A program made the translations under genes and the position numbers. A stretch of 64,000 bases of DNA from a virus. A model generated the notes under the pieces. It was not told the origin of the DNA and made no database searches. It saw only the letters and a program-made list of their open reading frames with translations. The stretch is taken from IMG/VR virus record IMGVR_UViG_3300025115_000007, positions 2,708-66,707 of that record; one strand, written 5' to 3'. Of this stretch, positions 46,779 through 57,005 are shown one piece after another. Numbering within the stretch: the first letter of the stretch is position 1; the number at the start of each line of letters is the position of its first letter.

Positions 46779-47248
46779 ACCTAATGAACTTGGTATTTGA
46801 TCCGAAAAAGCATAGCATCTTCACCCCGATCAATAAGGACAAATACAGGGGTGATGTTTTTCCGGTGGTAAGATCATCATGGGAGGACAAATTTTACAAG
46901 TGGTGTGATATGAATCCACACATCACATCATGGGTAGTTGAGGGCCTGGCTATAGAATATTTCGACCCTGTGAAAAAGAAGAACCGGAGGTACTATCCGG
47001 ATGTGCTTATGGCTGTTAAGACCAATGAAGCTAAAGATAAGATATTTTTGGTAGAGATCAAACCATATAAGGAAATAGTGCCTCCAATTGTATCCCCTAA
47101 GAAAAAGGAGAAAACAATGCTTCGGGAATCGGTGACCTATAGGACCAACATGGCTAAATGGAAAGCAGCGGAGCTATACTGCCGGAAGCGAAATTGGGAA
47201 TTTAAGATACTTAGTGAAAAGGACCTGTTCAAGGATGGAAAAGCATGA
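46775..47248 (+). CDS. gp4: head completion nuclease (gp4-like)
   Basis: P.N..KY.GD...RSSWE....RYYPD....EIKP....N.AKW.AA. Confidence 0.88.
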   Translation: MNLMNLVFDPKKHSIFTPINKDKYRGDVFPVVRSSWEDKFYKWCDMNPHITSWVVEGLAIEYFDPVKKKNRRYYPDVLMAVKTNEAKDKIFLVEIKPYKEIVPPIVSPKKKEKTMLRESVTYRTNMAKWKAAELYCRKRNWEFKILSEKDLFKDGKA

Positions 47249-47793
47249 TTACCGTCTATGACCATGTGAGAATAGGCACTGTTCATTTCAGGTCTGGCAG
47301 ATTTTATACATACCTGTACACAAATTATTCCAATGATCCAGGTCCTGTGGGTGTTATGGTAAACTACGTACATGGCATCCACCCAGTTACCGGTAATATG
47401 CATCAGTACCTGCAAATGATCAATTTGAATTATGTCCCGAGACAGTTCCGCCGGCTCTTTGTGGAACAATGGCGGGCCCATCTCAAGGCCAATAAAGGCC
47501 AAGTACTACTAACCTGGAGAAAGGTGAGGTCAAAGTTCCCATTCCTCCAATTTGCATTACGACGTTACCATGTCAATAGGGGCTTCATAAAATATCAAAG
47601 GCTGATCCCAGATGAGGACCTTGAGAAGGTGGTTATATCTTCCTTTAGCCGGGACTTCTCCATTACAGCATGGAAGCAGGCCATAAAGCTAAGAGGTGGT
47701 AAAAAGGGCGGACCCGGTAGAGCCACTTTGTCCAATAAACCTCTCAGCGGTAACACATGGTTTATGAAAAGGGTTTTCAGTCCGCCTATATAA
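47245..47793 (+). CDS. gp2: DNA end protector (gp2-like)
   Basis: G.FY.Y.Y, INLNY.P..R, RRY; adjacent to gp4. Confidence 0.6.
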   Translation: MITVYDHVRIGTVHFRSGRFYTYLYTNYSNDPGPVGVMVNYVHGIHPVTGNMHQYLQMINLNYVPRQFRRLFVEQWRAHLKANKGQVLLTWRKVRSKFPFLQFALRRYHVNRGFIKYQRLIPDEDLEKVVISSFSRDFSITAWKQAIKLRGGKKGGPGRATLSNKPLSGNTWFMKRVFSPPI

Positions 47794-47803
47794 GGGGTAT
47801 TCA

Positions 47804-48097
47804 ATGGCAGAAGATTTGTATCCAAGTCCAGGTTTATACGGTGTACCTATTGCAACGAAGCCGGCAACCAAGGCCAACTATGCTAACTATATGCTAAATA
47901 TGGTATTAACCCCATCTACCTATAAGTGGAAAATAGAAGGTATCGATGTTCGTTGGCGGGAAAGCTATGAAGGTAAAAGGTTACCGAGAGATTATTACAC
48001 CATGACCTATTCTAATAACCCACCAGAAATCATCGGTACACTAGAGTATTATTTAGACTCCGACGTTATTATAAACGTGGTATGTGAGGAAATATAA
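47804..48097 (+). CDS. hypothetical virion protein
   Basis: late operon. Confidence 0.55.
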   Translation: MAEDLYPSPGLYGVPIATKPATKANYANYMLNMVLTPSTYKWKIEGIDVRWRESYEGKRLPRDYYTMTYSNNPPEIIGTLEYYLDSDVIINVVCEEI

Positions 48098-48387
48098 TGA
48101 AAACCTATACAACCTTATACAATGGTGAGACCAGAGCATTGGGTATCTATGTTAGAGATCAGAACGATGATGACTTTGTTGCCACCAGTGCCAGCACTTA
48201 TATCAAAAACTCATCCGATACCATTCTGGTGAACGAACTTACGGCCATGATCTCCGGTTCATCTGTATATGCTTTGGTGGATGAAACTATAACCAGTGCA
48301 TCCGGTGATTATGAGGTGGTATGGAAACTCATTAGGTCTGGATACATTTATAAACATGTAACAGGTGTGAAGGTAGTTGATGTATGA
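48097..48387 (+). CDS. hypothetical virion protein (Ig-like)
   Basis: beta-rich, G.Y.V.W. Confidence 0.55.
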   Translation: MKTYTTLYNGETRALGIYVRDQNDDDFVATSASTYIKNSSDTILVNELTAMISGSSVYALVDETITSASGDYEVVWKLIRSGYIYKHVTGVKVVDV

Positions 48388-48560
48388 TGAATGTAGACGA
48401 TATAACCACAAGGCTTAGTTTCACCGACCTATCACCACTTATCAATGTGGTTGGTGTTGCGACCAGGCCTAACTACTTTTTGGAGGCATATGACAGCACC
48501 TGGATATATTGGAGGATTGTAGTGGACTTCTTTGACCAGCTTGCAGGAGATATATACTAA
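48384..48560 (+). CDS. small hypothetical protein
   Basis: 58 codons filling gap with overlapping stops/starts. Confidence 0.45.
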   Translation: MMNVDDITTRLSFTDLSPLINVVGVATRPNYFLEAYDSTWIYWRIVVDFFDQLAGDIY

Positions 48561-49066
48561 TGGCTAATCCTCAGACAAACATACTGGATAGAATGACTGG
48601 TATATATCAGCCATTAGAGACTCCAAAGGCCATACTGACAATGATTTTCGTGGTGGCTAGCGATGATGATAGGAACAATATGACTCCAATAGCACTATCC
48701 GCCTCGGACTTGTTTGAGTTGGATGAATATGGTGATTACCAACCATTATCCTATACATCACCAGTAAGTTCTAGTACCTATTATGAGCTGGACTATAGCA
48801 ATAATATAATGCCAAAAGCCGTCTCCTTCAACTTCAATATAAAGACATATGAGCAGTATTACGCGTTCAAAACGAGTGTGGAGTTGACTATGGGGGTTCA
48901 CACTATTGCTTTTAGGGAAACAACGGCATGGCAGTATAGGGTGGATAATGGAACCTGGACTAATTTTCCAGGTAACACTCGCTTAGATATAGATCCATCA
49001 GCTGCTCCGGAGGATGTGGTGTTCGATTTGCAACGAGATATGAGTATATATATTATAACACTATGA
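48560..49066 (+). CDS. hypothetical virion protein
   Basis: late operon, RBS. Confidence 0.6.
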   Translation: MANPQTNILDRMTGIYQPLETPKAILTMIFVVASDDDRNNMTPIALSASDLFELDEYGDYQPLSYTSPVSSSTYYELDYSNNIMPKAVSFNFNIKTYEQYYAFKTSVELTMGVHTIAFRETTAWQYRVDNGTWTNFPGNTRLDIDPSAAPEDVVFDLQRDMSIYIITL

Positions 49067-49076
49067 GGACTCATCC

Positions 49077-49385
49077 ATGAGGCATCTTTTTTCTGGTAGA
49101 GCACGGGACACGTATGGTAAAATTCAAGCCGGTATACCTGTAACCATATACTTCGCCAATACTGTATCCGCGGCTCCTGTGTACACAACCTATTCAGCAG
49201 TAACCGCGAGTACAGTAGCCCCGCAGGTTTCGGCTGATGCCGCCGGATACTTTGAGTTCTATGTAGATGATACTGAGATAATACCTACCAACATCTTTGA
49301 TATAGTGTGCCAAAGTGTGACCTATGAAAACATTGACATATTCAAAGGTGCTTGGTTCAACCCAAGAAAATACTTTGTGCTATAG
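49077..49385 (+). CDS. tail fibre/spike attachment-like domain protein
   Basis: D..G....G..VTIY.A.T...A.VY....DA.G.FEFYVD. Confidence 0.6.
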   Translation: MRHLFSGRARDTYGKIQAGIPVTIYFANTVSAAPVYTTYSAVTASTVAPQVSADAAGYFEFYVDDTEIIPTNIFDIVCQSVTYENIDIFKGAWFNPRKYFVL

Positions 49386-49394
49386 GAGATCAAT

Positions 49395-49748
49395 ATGGCC
49401 TTCGATTATAATAGAATACTAGAGATAACATCGTTAGGAGTGTCAGCTGGATCCAACACCTTAGTAACCAATGGTACCGGCAGAAAATACATCCGGAACG
49501 TTATCCTACATAACACCCATACGGCTGATGTGGTGGTTAAACTATTCAATGTGCCTAATAATGGCGCCGCGGTCGGATCGTCCTCATCGGCTAATCAGTT
49601 CCTACAGAGTTCCTTAGTAGCTGGTGATACATTGATGATAGAGATACCGGCGCCGGGGATTATGTTGGTGGATCAATATGATAGCATCCAAGGCTATGCG
49701 GACATAGCTTCTAAGGTGACAATACAGATATATGGCGGCACGGAATAA
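49395..49748 (+). CDS. hypothetical virion protein
   Basis: beta-sandwich pattern ending G.E. Confidence 0.6.
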   Translation: MAFDYNRILEITSLGVSAGSNTLVTNGTGRKYIRNVILHNTHTADVVVKLFNVPNNGAAVGSSSSANQFLQSSLVAGDTLMIEIPAPGIMLVDQYDSIQGYADIASKVTIQIYGGTE

Positions 49749-49947
49749 TTTCACTTGACATGAGTATGGGAGTGTGATATAATGCGTCTGATAGGTTGGC
49801 TGAATGAATCATCTGTGGTAAATGGAAAAAGAAAATCCTGCCAAGGATATAAGGTTGTCAAATGTTTATAAATACATTATGGACCTATCCAGGGGTATAA
49901 CTCCGGGCTGATAGCCTATTATACACTGAGTTTAGGAGGATGTAAAC

Positions 49948-50247
49948 ATGAAGCTGGAAAAATACTTACAGGAAGGTAGTGTGGATATTACCAAATGGGA
50001 GGTATACAACCTCATTGATGAGCTAATGGAAGATCCAAGGACCTCAAAGTTTATGAACCCGGCCGCCCGCTATGCTGACCAGTATCATATAGGTAAAGGG
50101 ATACCTGTAAAGATAGCCGCCAAGATGTTGGGTGTTACGGTAGCCCAATTACCAAAAGTTATAGAAAAGATCAATGGTAACACAGGCAGGTATGACGGTT
50201 TAGCTGAAATTTATGATGATTATCTACATGTATATGGTGGTGATTAG
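49948..50247 (+). CDS. late hypothetical protein
   Basis: TATAAATA 49867, MKLEKYLQEG. Confidence 0.65.
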   Translation: MKLEKYLQEGSVDITKWEVYNLIDELMEDPRTSKFMNPAARYADQYHIGKGIPVKIAAKMLGVTVAQLPKVIEKINGNTGRYDGLAEIYDDYLHVYGGD

Positions 50248-50364
50248 TACCAGCTCAAATTCTATACAAAAGGATGGTGATCAACGTGGGTGACAAGAAA
50301 AAGGGTAAGAAAGCCAAGGGTGGTAAGAAACCTAAGAAGGAGGCCAAAGGGTAGGTGAAGCTCT

Positions 50365-50457
50365 TATAAATAGATATGAGAAGGTAATCCGGGTGAGGGT
50401 ATCACACCGGAAACAGTAGGAGAACCTTACCGCTGTCCCTTCCATCGTCTATTTATA
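50365..50457 (+). ncRNA. conserved structured leader motif, copy 3
   Basis: core identical to copy 1 except one hairpin loop. Confidence 0.7.
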
Positions 50458-50470
50458 GGAGAACGGTCAC

Positions 50471-51362
50471 ATGGAAATCATCGGAAATCCTTATGGAATC
50501 ATTTACCTCATCACATGTATAGTGAATATGAAGAAATATGTTGGTCTTACCACCAAAACATTACAAGAAAGGTGGAAAAACACATTTGAAGGCATCAAGG
50601 AATAAGAAACGTATTAGTTATTTCCACAAAGCCATTTGCAAATACGGTAAGGAAAATTTCACCATGAAAGTCATTTGCGTCTGTGATGCAAAGGAAATAT
50701 TATGCTTGATGGAAACATTTCAAATTATGGTAAATCATAGCCACATAAGCGAAGGCGGTTATAACCTAACATGGGGTGGTGAGGATTTTGATACTTTCAC
50801 CCACAATCCTAATAAGGAAGAAATAAAGAACAAGCAAAGGTTAGCTAGTACAGGTAAGAAACATACACAGGAAACAAAGGAAAAATGTAGACTAATCAAC
50901 TTAGGTAAAAAGTTTTCCGAGCAGCATAAGAAAAACCTAAGCATATATGCTAAAAATAGAACAGAGGAACATAGAAAACATATAGGTAACTCTAATAGAG
51001 GAAAGCACCATAGTGATGATGCTAAAAAATTGATGAGTGATAGTCATAAAGGTAAAAGTTTTACAGATGAACATAAAAGGAAGATAAGTGAGTCTCTAAT
51101 CGGTAAAGTAAGAAGTGAGGAACATTGTAAAAATTTAGGCCTAACTAATAGGGGTAGAAAACATACCGAGGAAGCTAAAAGGAACATGAGCGCCGGGCAA
51201 ATAGGTAGAAAACATACCGAGGAGTTCAAAAAATTTATACGAGAAGTGAATAAGGGTAGAAAAATGACACCGGACCAAATTGAAAGGGGAGTAAATGGTA
51301 GAAGGCTGTCCAAACAACTAAAAAACATGTATAGCGTTATGGAGTATAGCCTATGCGCCTAA
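50471..51362 (+). pseudogene. GIY-YIG endonuclease with NUMOD3 repeats, frameshifted at ~50578
   Basis: ATG 50471 gives GIIY..KKYVG.T....RW; continues in another frame with GYN.T.GG and GKKHT.E repeats. Confidence 0.8.
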
Positions 51363-51745
51363 CATTATCCGGTACACAATTTTGTCATTTGGTAACATGT
51401 CTTTTATACGACCAACTTCATCATCCGGAAGATTCGGCCGCCGCTAAATTGGATCCTGATTGGAAAAACTTTCTTGAAGTATTGGAACGAAAGGGCCTAA
51501 AAGCGGTACTTCTACAACGATACCTTTCAATGGACCCACAGCTCCGCATTAGGTATAATATGATAAAAAAGACATTTGTTGATAACAAGTCGTCTGGGTC
51601 CTCATATATAGAGATCAGGAACGAGCATGTGCCGGTGGACAAAAAGCCAGGTGTTATAAATAAAGTTGGTAACATAATAAAGAAGGCCGTAAGGTATGGT
51701 GTTGCTGGTACGGTCGGTTTAATGGAGGACAAAGATGTCAGGTGA
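51353..51745 (+). CDS. hypothetical protein
   Basis: operon packing. Confidence 0.55.
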   Translation: MRLTLSGTQFCHLVTCLLYDQLHHPEDSAAAKLDPDWKNFLEVLERKGLKAVLLQRYLSMDPQLRIRYNMIKKTFVDNKSSGSSYIEIRNEHVPVDKKPGVINKVGNIIKKAVRYGVAGTVGLMEDKDVR

Positions 51746-52040
51746 ATTTACAAGTGGTGAGACCCATGATGCGACCAATGCAGTGTTAGCCCATGGCACA
51801 GTGGGTAATGAGCCAAATAAGGTACCAACAGATGTGGAAAATGTGTTCGCGGATGCAACTAAGGATGGTATGCCGGTTTTTGATGTTCCGGAAACCGACT
51901 TTTTTAATAATATGCGCCAAGAACGTAAGCGGTTGAGGTTTACCAAAGACTCCGCGGCAGCTCAGTACCATAGATCATCCAAATACAATAGGCCATTCTG
52001 GCTCCGGCATGAAGGTTACCTCAGAAAAGTTGATCGATAG
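51735..52040 (+). CDS. hypothetical protein
   Basis: RBS GGAGG. Confidence 0.6.
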   Translation: MSGEFTSGETHDATNAVLAHGTVGNEPNKVPTDVENVFADATKDGMPVFDVPETDFFNNMRQERKRLRFTKDSAAAQYHRSSKYNRPFWLRHEGYLRKVDR

Positions 52041-52101
52041 ACTTGACAATTCCCAAATAGTATGATATGATGTTGTCCTTCTAAGAAAGGAACAGTGTGA
52101 T

Positions 52102-52980
52102 ATGCGGATTACCACCTTACTGGATGCCAACAATCTGGCTACCAGAGTTCTCTTTACAGGCCCCATAGGCGCTACCACCGATAAACCAGATTACGATATG
52201 TTCAAGTATATAGTGGTGGACTCAATTTATCGGACAATGCTCAAGACCCGATGTTCCGAGATTATACTGGCAGTTGATTCCATCAATGTCTGGAGAAAGG
52301 ATATATTCCCACGGTATAAAGAGTCTCGGAAGCTCAAGAGGGCAAAAGGTCTACAAGTAGATTGGACTAGGTTCTACAAGGAATTTGATGATCTCTTGAG
52401 TAACATCAGGAAGTATCTACCATTCAAGGTCCTCAAGGTACCAAGAGCTGAGGCCGATGATATTATTGGCTCCTTCACCCTACATTACACTGACAGGGAC
52501 ATCGTGATAATCAGCACCGATGAGGACTATAAGCAGCTCATTAGCCCCAAAGTCAGGCTGTACCAGCCAATCAAGCATAAATGGGTGGAATGCAGTAACC
52601 CCAAAGCCTTCCTGGTCTTAAAATGTGTTATAGGCCAGCCGAAGGATGATATTTTCAACGTTCTCACACCGGAAGACTGGCCAGCCGGCAAACGTAAGCC
52701 TGGAGTGGGTGAGGATAATATCCTCCACCTAATGCACAGTGGGAACCTATCAGATTGGCTCATACAAGAAGGAGCCCTAAAGAGGTTCGATCAAAACCAA
52801 AGGTTGATTGACTTCCGGCACATCCCAAAATATATAGTCCAATCGGTGATCTCTCAGTATGAGGGTTACACCATGCCGAGCCTGGACAATGCTTACACCT
52901 TCTTTGACCTATATAACTTCCGGAGCTATAAGGACAATTTCCATCAGGTTGAGGGTAATCTCACTCGATTATATTCATAA
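52102..52980 (+). CDS. rnh: T4 RNase H-like 5'-3' exonuclease
   Basis: D....WRK..FP.YK..R, EADD.I, S.D.D..QL. Confidence 0.9.
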   Translation: MRITTLLDANNLATRVLFTGPIGATTDKPDYDMFKYIVVDSIYRTMLKTRCSEIILAVDSINVWRKDIFPRYKESRKLKRAKGLQVDWTRFYKEFDDLLSNIRKYLPFKVLKVPRAEADDIIGSFTLHYTDRDIVIISTDEDYKQLISPKVRLYQPIKHKWVECSNPKAFLVLKCVIGQPKDDIFNVLTPEDWPAGKRKPGVGEDNILHLMHSGNLSDWLIQEGALKRFDQNQRLIDFRHIPKYIVQSVISQYEGYTMPSLDNAYTFFDLYNFRSYKDNFHQVEGNLTRLYS

Positions 52981-52995
52981 GGAGACCTAGTACCC

Positions 52996-55900
52996 ATGTC
53001 GCTTTCCGAAAACGCTATAAAAATCTTCAAAACACTGTATTGCCTTCCTGGGGAAGAAATAGATGATACATTCCGGCGTGTGGCCAATGAGTTTGGTAAC
53101 ACTAAGGAGGAGAAGGAATATGTCTTTGGGTTATTAAAGGAGAAAAAGTGGCGCCCGAATTCCCCCGTTTTCTTTAATGCTGGTACCACCCATAAAATAT
53201 TCAGTGCTTGTTTTGTGGTTGGTATACAGGATAGCATGGAAAGCATATATGATATAGCCAATGTGGCCAGGAAGATATTCCAGTATGGTGCCGGTATAGG
53301 CATACCAATTGGTAACCTAAGGGAAAAGAACGCGGACATCTATGAGGGTGATAAATCCAAAGCGCCGGTTGGTAAAAGCTCTGGTCCCATTAGCTTCATG
53401 CAGCTCTATAATGCGGTAGGCGAGACCACAAAGAGTGGTGGTCGCAATAGGAGAGCAGCTATCCTTATGGCCATGCCGGTCTGGCACCCTGACATAGAGG
53501 AGTTCATCAAGTGTAAGGAGGTTGACGGGTCGCTCAAGAATATGAACATCTCCGTCAACATCACCGATGAGTTCATGCAGGCCTTCAAAGACAACACACC
53601 GTTTTCCCTAAGGACCCCAGCTACAGGTGAAGTGGTTAGTGAGGTCCAGGCCCGGGCACTTTGGGACACTATTGTGGATTCAGCCCATAAGACAGCCGAC
53701 CCCGGCGTGTTGTTCATAGACACAATCAACCGGTATAATGTGCTCCGGAGCAAGTACCTGATAGAATGCCTCAACCCCTCGTTGATTGCCGGAACAAAGG
53801 TGATTACAAAAACCGGTATATACCCCATTGAACAATTAGAAAACAAGAGCTTTGATGTTATAAATCAACATGGTAGCTATTCTCCGGCTGAATGTTTCCA
53901 ATCAGGTAAAAACAAACAGCTTTATGAGGTTTGGTTGGAAGGTGGTAAAAAGTATTATGCTACTTCCGAACATAAATGGCCGTTATATACAAGAGATGGT
54001 TATGTAAAAACAAAAACATCAAAATTAAAAGCTGGAGACTTTTTGCCAGTACGTCAAATCGACACACTAGGATATGGTGACCTTGGTACCTATAATGATG
54101 GATTGGCGACTGGCTGGAACCTAGGCGATGGCTGGATTACTGATAGGGGTGATAATGGTAAAAGACAATATGGGTTCTTTTTTGCCAAAGAAGATATTGA
54201 AAACGGCATAGTCAATGAGGTAAAGAGTTGGTTGTCAAGTGTTACCGGTAACATGTATGATGGTAATACGGTGAGAAATGGATGTATGGAAATAAATGTT
54301 ATATCCAGGATATTGGATGATAAGTTCAGAAGCCTTGGGGTGGTCAAAAAGTCCGAGGGGTTACCATCATTGATTTGGACACGTTTATCTGAAGATTTTC
54401 GCCGCGGACTCATCGACGGATTGTTCTCATCAGATGGATGTATCCATAAAGACGGAAGGATTAGTCTGAACACCGCACATGAAAAATTAGCCTATGACCT
54501 ATCCGATCTACTAGGATTCTATGGTATAAAGGTACGTATATATCGGAGCAAAAAGACCGTTGCCAAATTTCCTAATGGTAAGAACTATAACAAAACATAT
54601 GTATGTTACGGTATATCATTTTCCGGTGTATCCGTAGAGCATTTCCGAAAGGTTTTCAAACTCACCCATAAAAGGAAAAACGAGCTTATGCAAAACATAC
54701 CATCAGTGAATCCTAAGCTCGATTCCACTCATATAAGAATCAAGAAAGTTCGGAAAACCTATATGAGGCGGGATGTATGGGATATACGAGTATATGATGA
54801 TACCCACACGTTCAAGCTCTCTCATGTCATTACGGGTAATTGCTCCGAAATTACTATACCACCATTCGGTTCCTGCACATTATCTGCCATAAACCTTCAT
54901 AAATTCTGTGGTCCAGAAGGCTTTGACTTTGAAGCCTTTTACCATACAGCATATAAGGCCATGAGGCTCATGGATAACCTGATCGATGTCATGGAGACAC
55001 CGGACCCACGCTTCAAGGAGATGGCGTCCAAATATCGTCAAATAGGTATAGGGCCAATGGGCTTGGCTGATACATTATACGAATTAAACTTGCCATATGA
55101 TTCCCCCGAAGGCAGGACCATGGTTGCAAAGATTATTAAGACAATGACCACAGCGTGTATTGAAGCCTCCGCTGATATGGCCAAAGAAAAAGGTAAGTTC
55201 CATGGCTATAAGGAATGTTCTGCGGATGTCCTGGAAATTGTGCCTAAATGGATTGATGATCCAGCTGTATTGGAGAAGGTCAAGAAACATGGACTTAGGA
55301 ACGCCTTGATGACCACCTGTATGCCAACAGGCACCGTGGCTATATCATGTGATACCTCATATGGCATAGAGCCATGCTTCGGCCTGGTTGTGACCAAGAC
55401 GTTAAGTGAGACAGGTGAGAAGATGAATATGGTCAACCCTGTGTTCCAGCGCAAATATGAGAATGAGGCCTGGTTCACACCCGACCTATTAGAAAAGATC
55501 GGCCAGAACAAGGGGTCATTGAAGAACCTACGAGGTATACCAAAGGAGGTCCGGGATGTATATGTTGTGGCCCATGACATTAAGGCCAAAGACCGGATCG
55601 ACATGCAGGCCTGTATTCAGACTCATATTACCGCTGCCATATCATCCACTGTGAATTTACCGGAGACAGCCACACGGGATGAAGTATCGGAGATATACCG
55701 GTACGCATACACCAAGGGACTCAAGGGGATAACCATATACAGAGATGGATCCAAAAAGTCTCAACCAATCACTTTCTCTAAGGAAACACAGCAGGTGCGT
55801 AGCAATTTTGTGAGGCCATCGAAATTACAAGCCAATGTGCATGTAGTGGAAACAGGGAATGGGAAAATGTACTGTACCATAAGCACCCATGCTAACAAGC

Positions 55901-56274
55901 CGGTTGAGATTTTTATTTCCATGGGTAAAGGTGGTAACCTATTGAATACCTTCTGCGAAGCACTTGGCCGAACAACCTCCATTGCACTCCAGCATGGGGT
56001 TCCAATCGATGTGGTCATAAAGACCATGATTGGTATTAACTCGGACAGACCAGTCTGGACTAGATTGGATGAGAATGACAAGAAACCGGAGCAAATCCTT
56101 AGTATTCCTGATGCGTTGGCCAAATTGCTCAGGAAGTATTATAGCAATGATGGTGGTAAAGAAAATTTCTCAACCGGTGACGGTGACTTTTGCTCGAAAT
56201 GTGGAACCTGGTCGATACAGTTCATTGAAGGATGCAGCATATGTACCAATTGCTCTGAAAGTAAGTGTTCCTAG
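52996..56274 (+). CDS. nrdJ: class II ribonucleotide reductase with intein and TSCPD domain
   Basis: PNSP, SACFV, GAGIG, RRAA, HPDI, NP|C.E, PTGT, GIEP, SSTVN, KGITIYRDGS. Confidence 0.93.
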   Translation: MSLSENAIKIFKTLYCLPGEEIDDTFRRVANEFGNTKEEKEYVFGLLKEKKWRPNSPVFFNAGTTHKIFSACFVVGIQDSMESIYDIANVARKIFQYGAGIGIPIGNLREKNADIYEGDKSKAPVGKSSGPISFMQLYNAVGETTKSGGRNRRAAILMAMPVWHPDIEEFIKCKEVDGSLKNMNISVNITDEFMQAFKDNTPFSLRTPATGEVVSEVQARALWDTIVDSAHKTADPGVLFIDTINRYNVLRSKYLIECLNPSLIAGTKVITKTGIYPIEQLENKSFDVINQHGSYSPAECFQSGKNKQLYEVWLEGGKKYYATSEHKWPLYTRDGYVKTKTSKLKAGDFLPVRQIDTLGYGDLGTYNDGLATGWNLGDGWITDRGDNGKRQYGFFFAKEDIENGIVNEVKSWLSSVTGNMYDGNTVRNGCMEINVISRILDDKFRSLGVVKKSEGLPSLIWTRLSEDFRRGLIDGLFSSDGCIHKDGRISLNTAHEKLAYDLSDLLGFYGIKVRIYRSKKTVAKFPNGKNYNKTYVCYGISFSGVSVEHFRKVFKLTHKRKNELMQNIPSVNPKLDSTHIRIKKVRKTYMRRDVWDIRVYDDTHTFKLSHVITGNCSEITIPPFGSCTLSAINLHKFCGPEGFDFEAFYHTAYKAMRLMDNLIDVMETPDPRFKEMASKYRQIGIGPMGLADTLYELNLPYDSPEGRTMVAKIIKTMTTACIEASADMAKEKGKFHGYKECSADVLEIVPKWIDDPAVLEKVKKHGLRNALMTTCMPTGTVAISCDTSYGIEPCFGLVVTKTLSETGEKMNMVNPVFQRKYENEAWFTPDLLEKIGQNKGSLKNLRGIPKEVRDVYVVAHDIKAKDRIDMQACIQTHITAAISSTVNLPETATRDEVSEIYRYAYTKGLKGITIYRDGSKKSQPITFSKETQQVRSNFVRPSKLQANVHVVETGNGKMYCTISTHANKPVEIFISMGKGGNLLNTFCEALGRTTSIALQHGVPIDVVIKTMIGINSDRPVWTRLDENDKKPEQILSIPDALAKLLRKYYSNDGGKENFSTGDGDFCSKCGTWSIQFIEGCSICTNCSESKCS
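53779..54840 (+). mobile_element. intein with LAGLIDADG endonuclease
   Basis: SLIAGTKV..AT.EHKW..GWNLGDG..GLIDGLFSSDG..VWDI.V..H.F....TGN|C. Confidence 0.9.
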
Positions 56275-56377
56275 TATGTCCTATATAGAAAAATCATCAA
56301 CCAAACATTTTTCTTGACAAACGGTATTCACTTGTGCTATAATCCCTCAAAAATGAACAGGAAAGGAGTATTGGTCT

Positions 56378-56581
56378 ATGTTGGTAAGGTATAAACCAAT
56401 TCTTGGAGCATTAGTTGGAATGGGTATTACGGTGATAGTTTTTGCCATAGCCGTTGATCTATTAGCCCTTCTATTTGGCGCAAAGGAGCTATTGCTATAC
56501 CTGCTTATTGCCTTGGTTGTGCTTTTGTTGGGATGTGCAATAATGAAATGCTTTGGAAAGGTATACGATGAGAACGTTTAA
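56378..56581 (+). CDS. small membrane protein
   Basis: two TM helices after early promoter. Confidence 0.55.
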   Translation: MLVRYKPILGALVGMGITVIVFAIAVDLLALLFGAKELLLYLLIALVVLLLGCAIMKCFGKVYDENV

Positions 56582-56897
56582 GGACTATGATGATGGGGCT
56601 GAAATTGCGCGAGAACTTGGTATCAGCCGCCAAGCGGTGTCAAACACGCTGAAACGGGCCATGAAGAAGGTGTATATAAGTACACAGGAATTGAATACTG
56701 GTATAAGGCCCTTTGAGGCTGCCGTACTAATGATGAAAATGTTCGAGGTGACAGATTCCAACGAGGTCAATAAGTTTTTCCATCTCTTTCCACCAAACGT
56801 CCGTGATGAGATACGGAACGATGTTATCGAATCCAGGAGGCACAAAAAACATGAAACCAACGATGACGATGTGCAGCCAGTGTTGTCACTACAGTGA
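56568..56897 (+). CDS. sigma70 region-4-like HTH protein
   Basis: AEIARELGISRQAVS.TLKRAMKK. Confidence 0.75.
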   Translation: MRTFKDYDDGAEIARELGISRQAVSNTLKRAMKKVYISTQELNTGIRPFEAAVLMMKMFEVTDSNEVNKFFHLFPPNVRDEIRNDVIESRRHKKHETNDDDVQPVLSLQ

Positions 56898-57005
56898 AGC
56901 GTCTGGTAAGGCCACATGTGACAAGGTGGAGTTTGTGATGCCGATAGGTGAAGGTAGGATCTCAGTTCCATATGACTGGGAGTGTGGGTCCTATGAGGTT
57001 CGTAA

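Noticed and set aside
49788-49875. Short ORF with GKRKSCQGY (NUMOD1-like)
   Set aside because: No RBS and overlaps a promoter; at most endonuclease debris.
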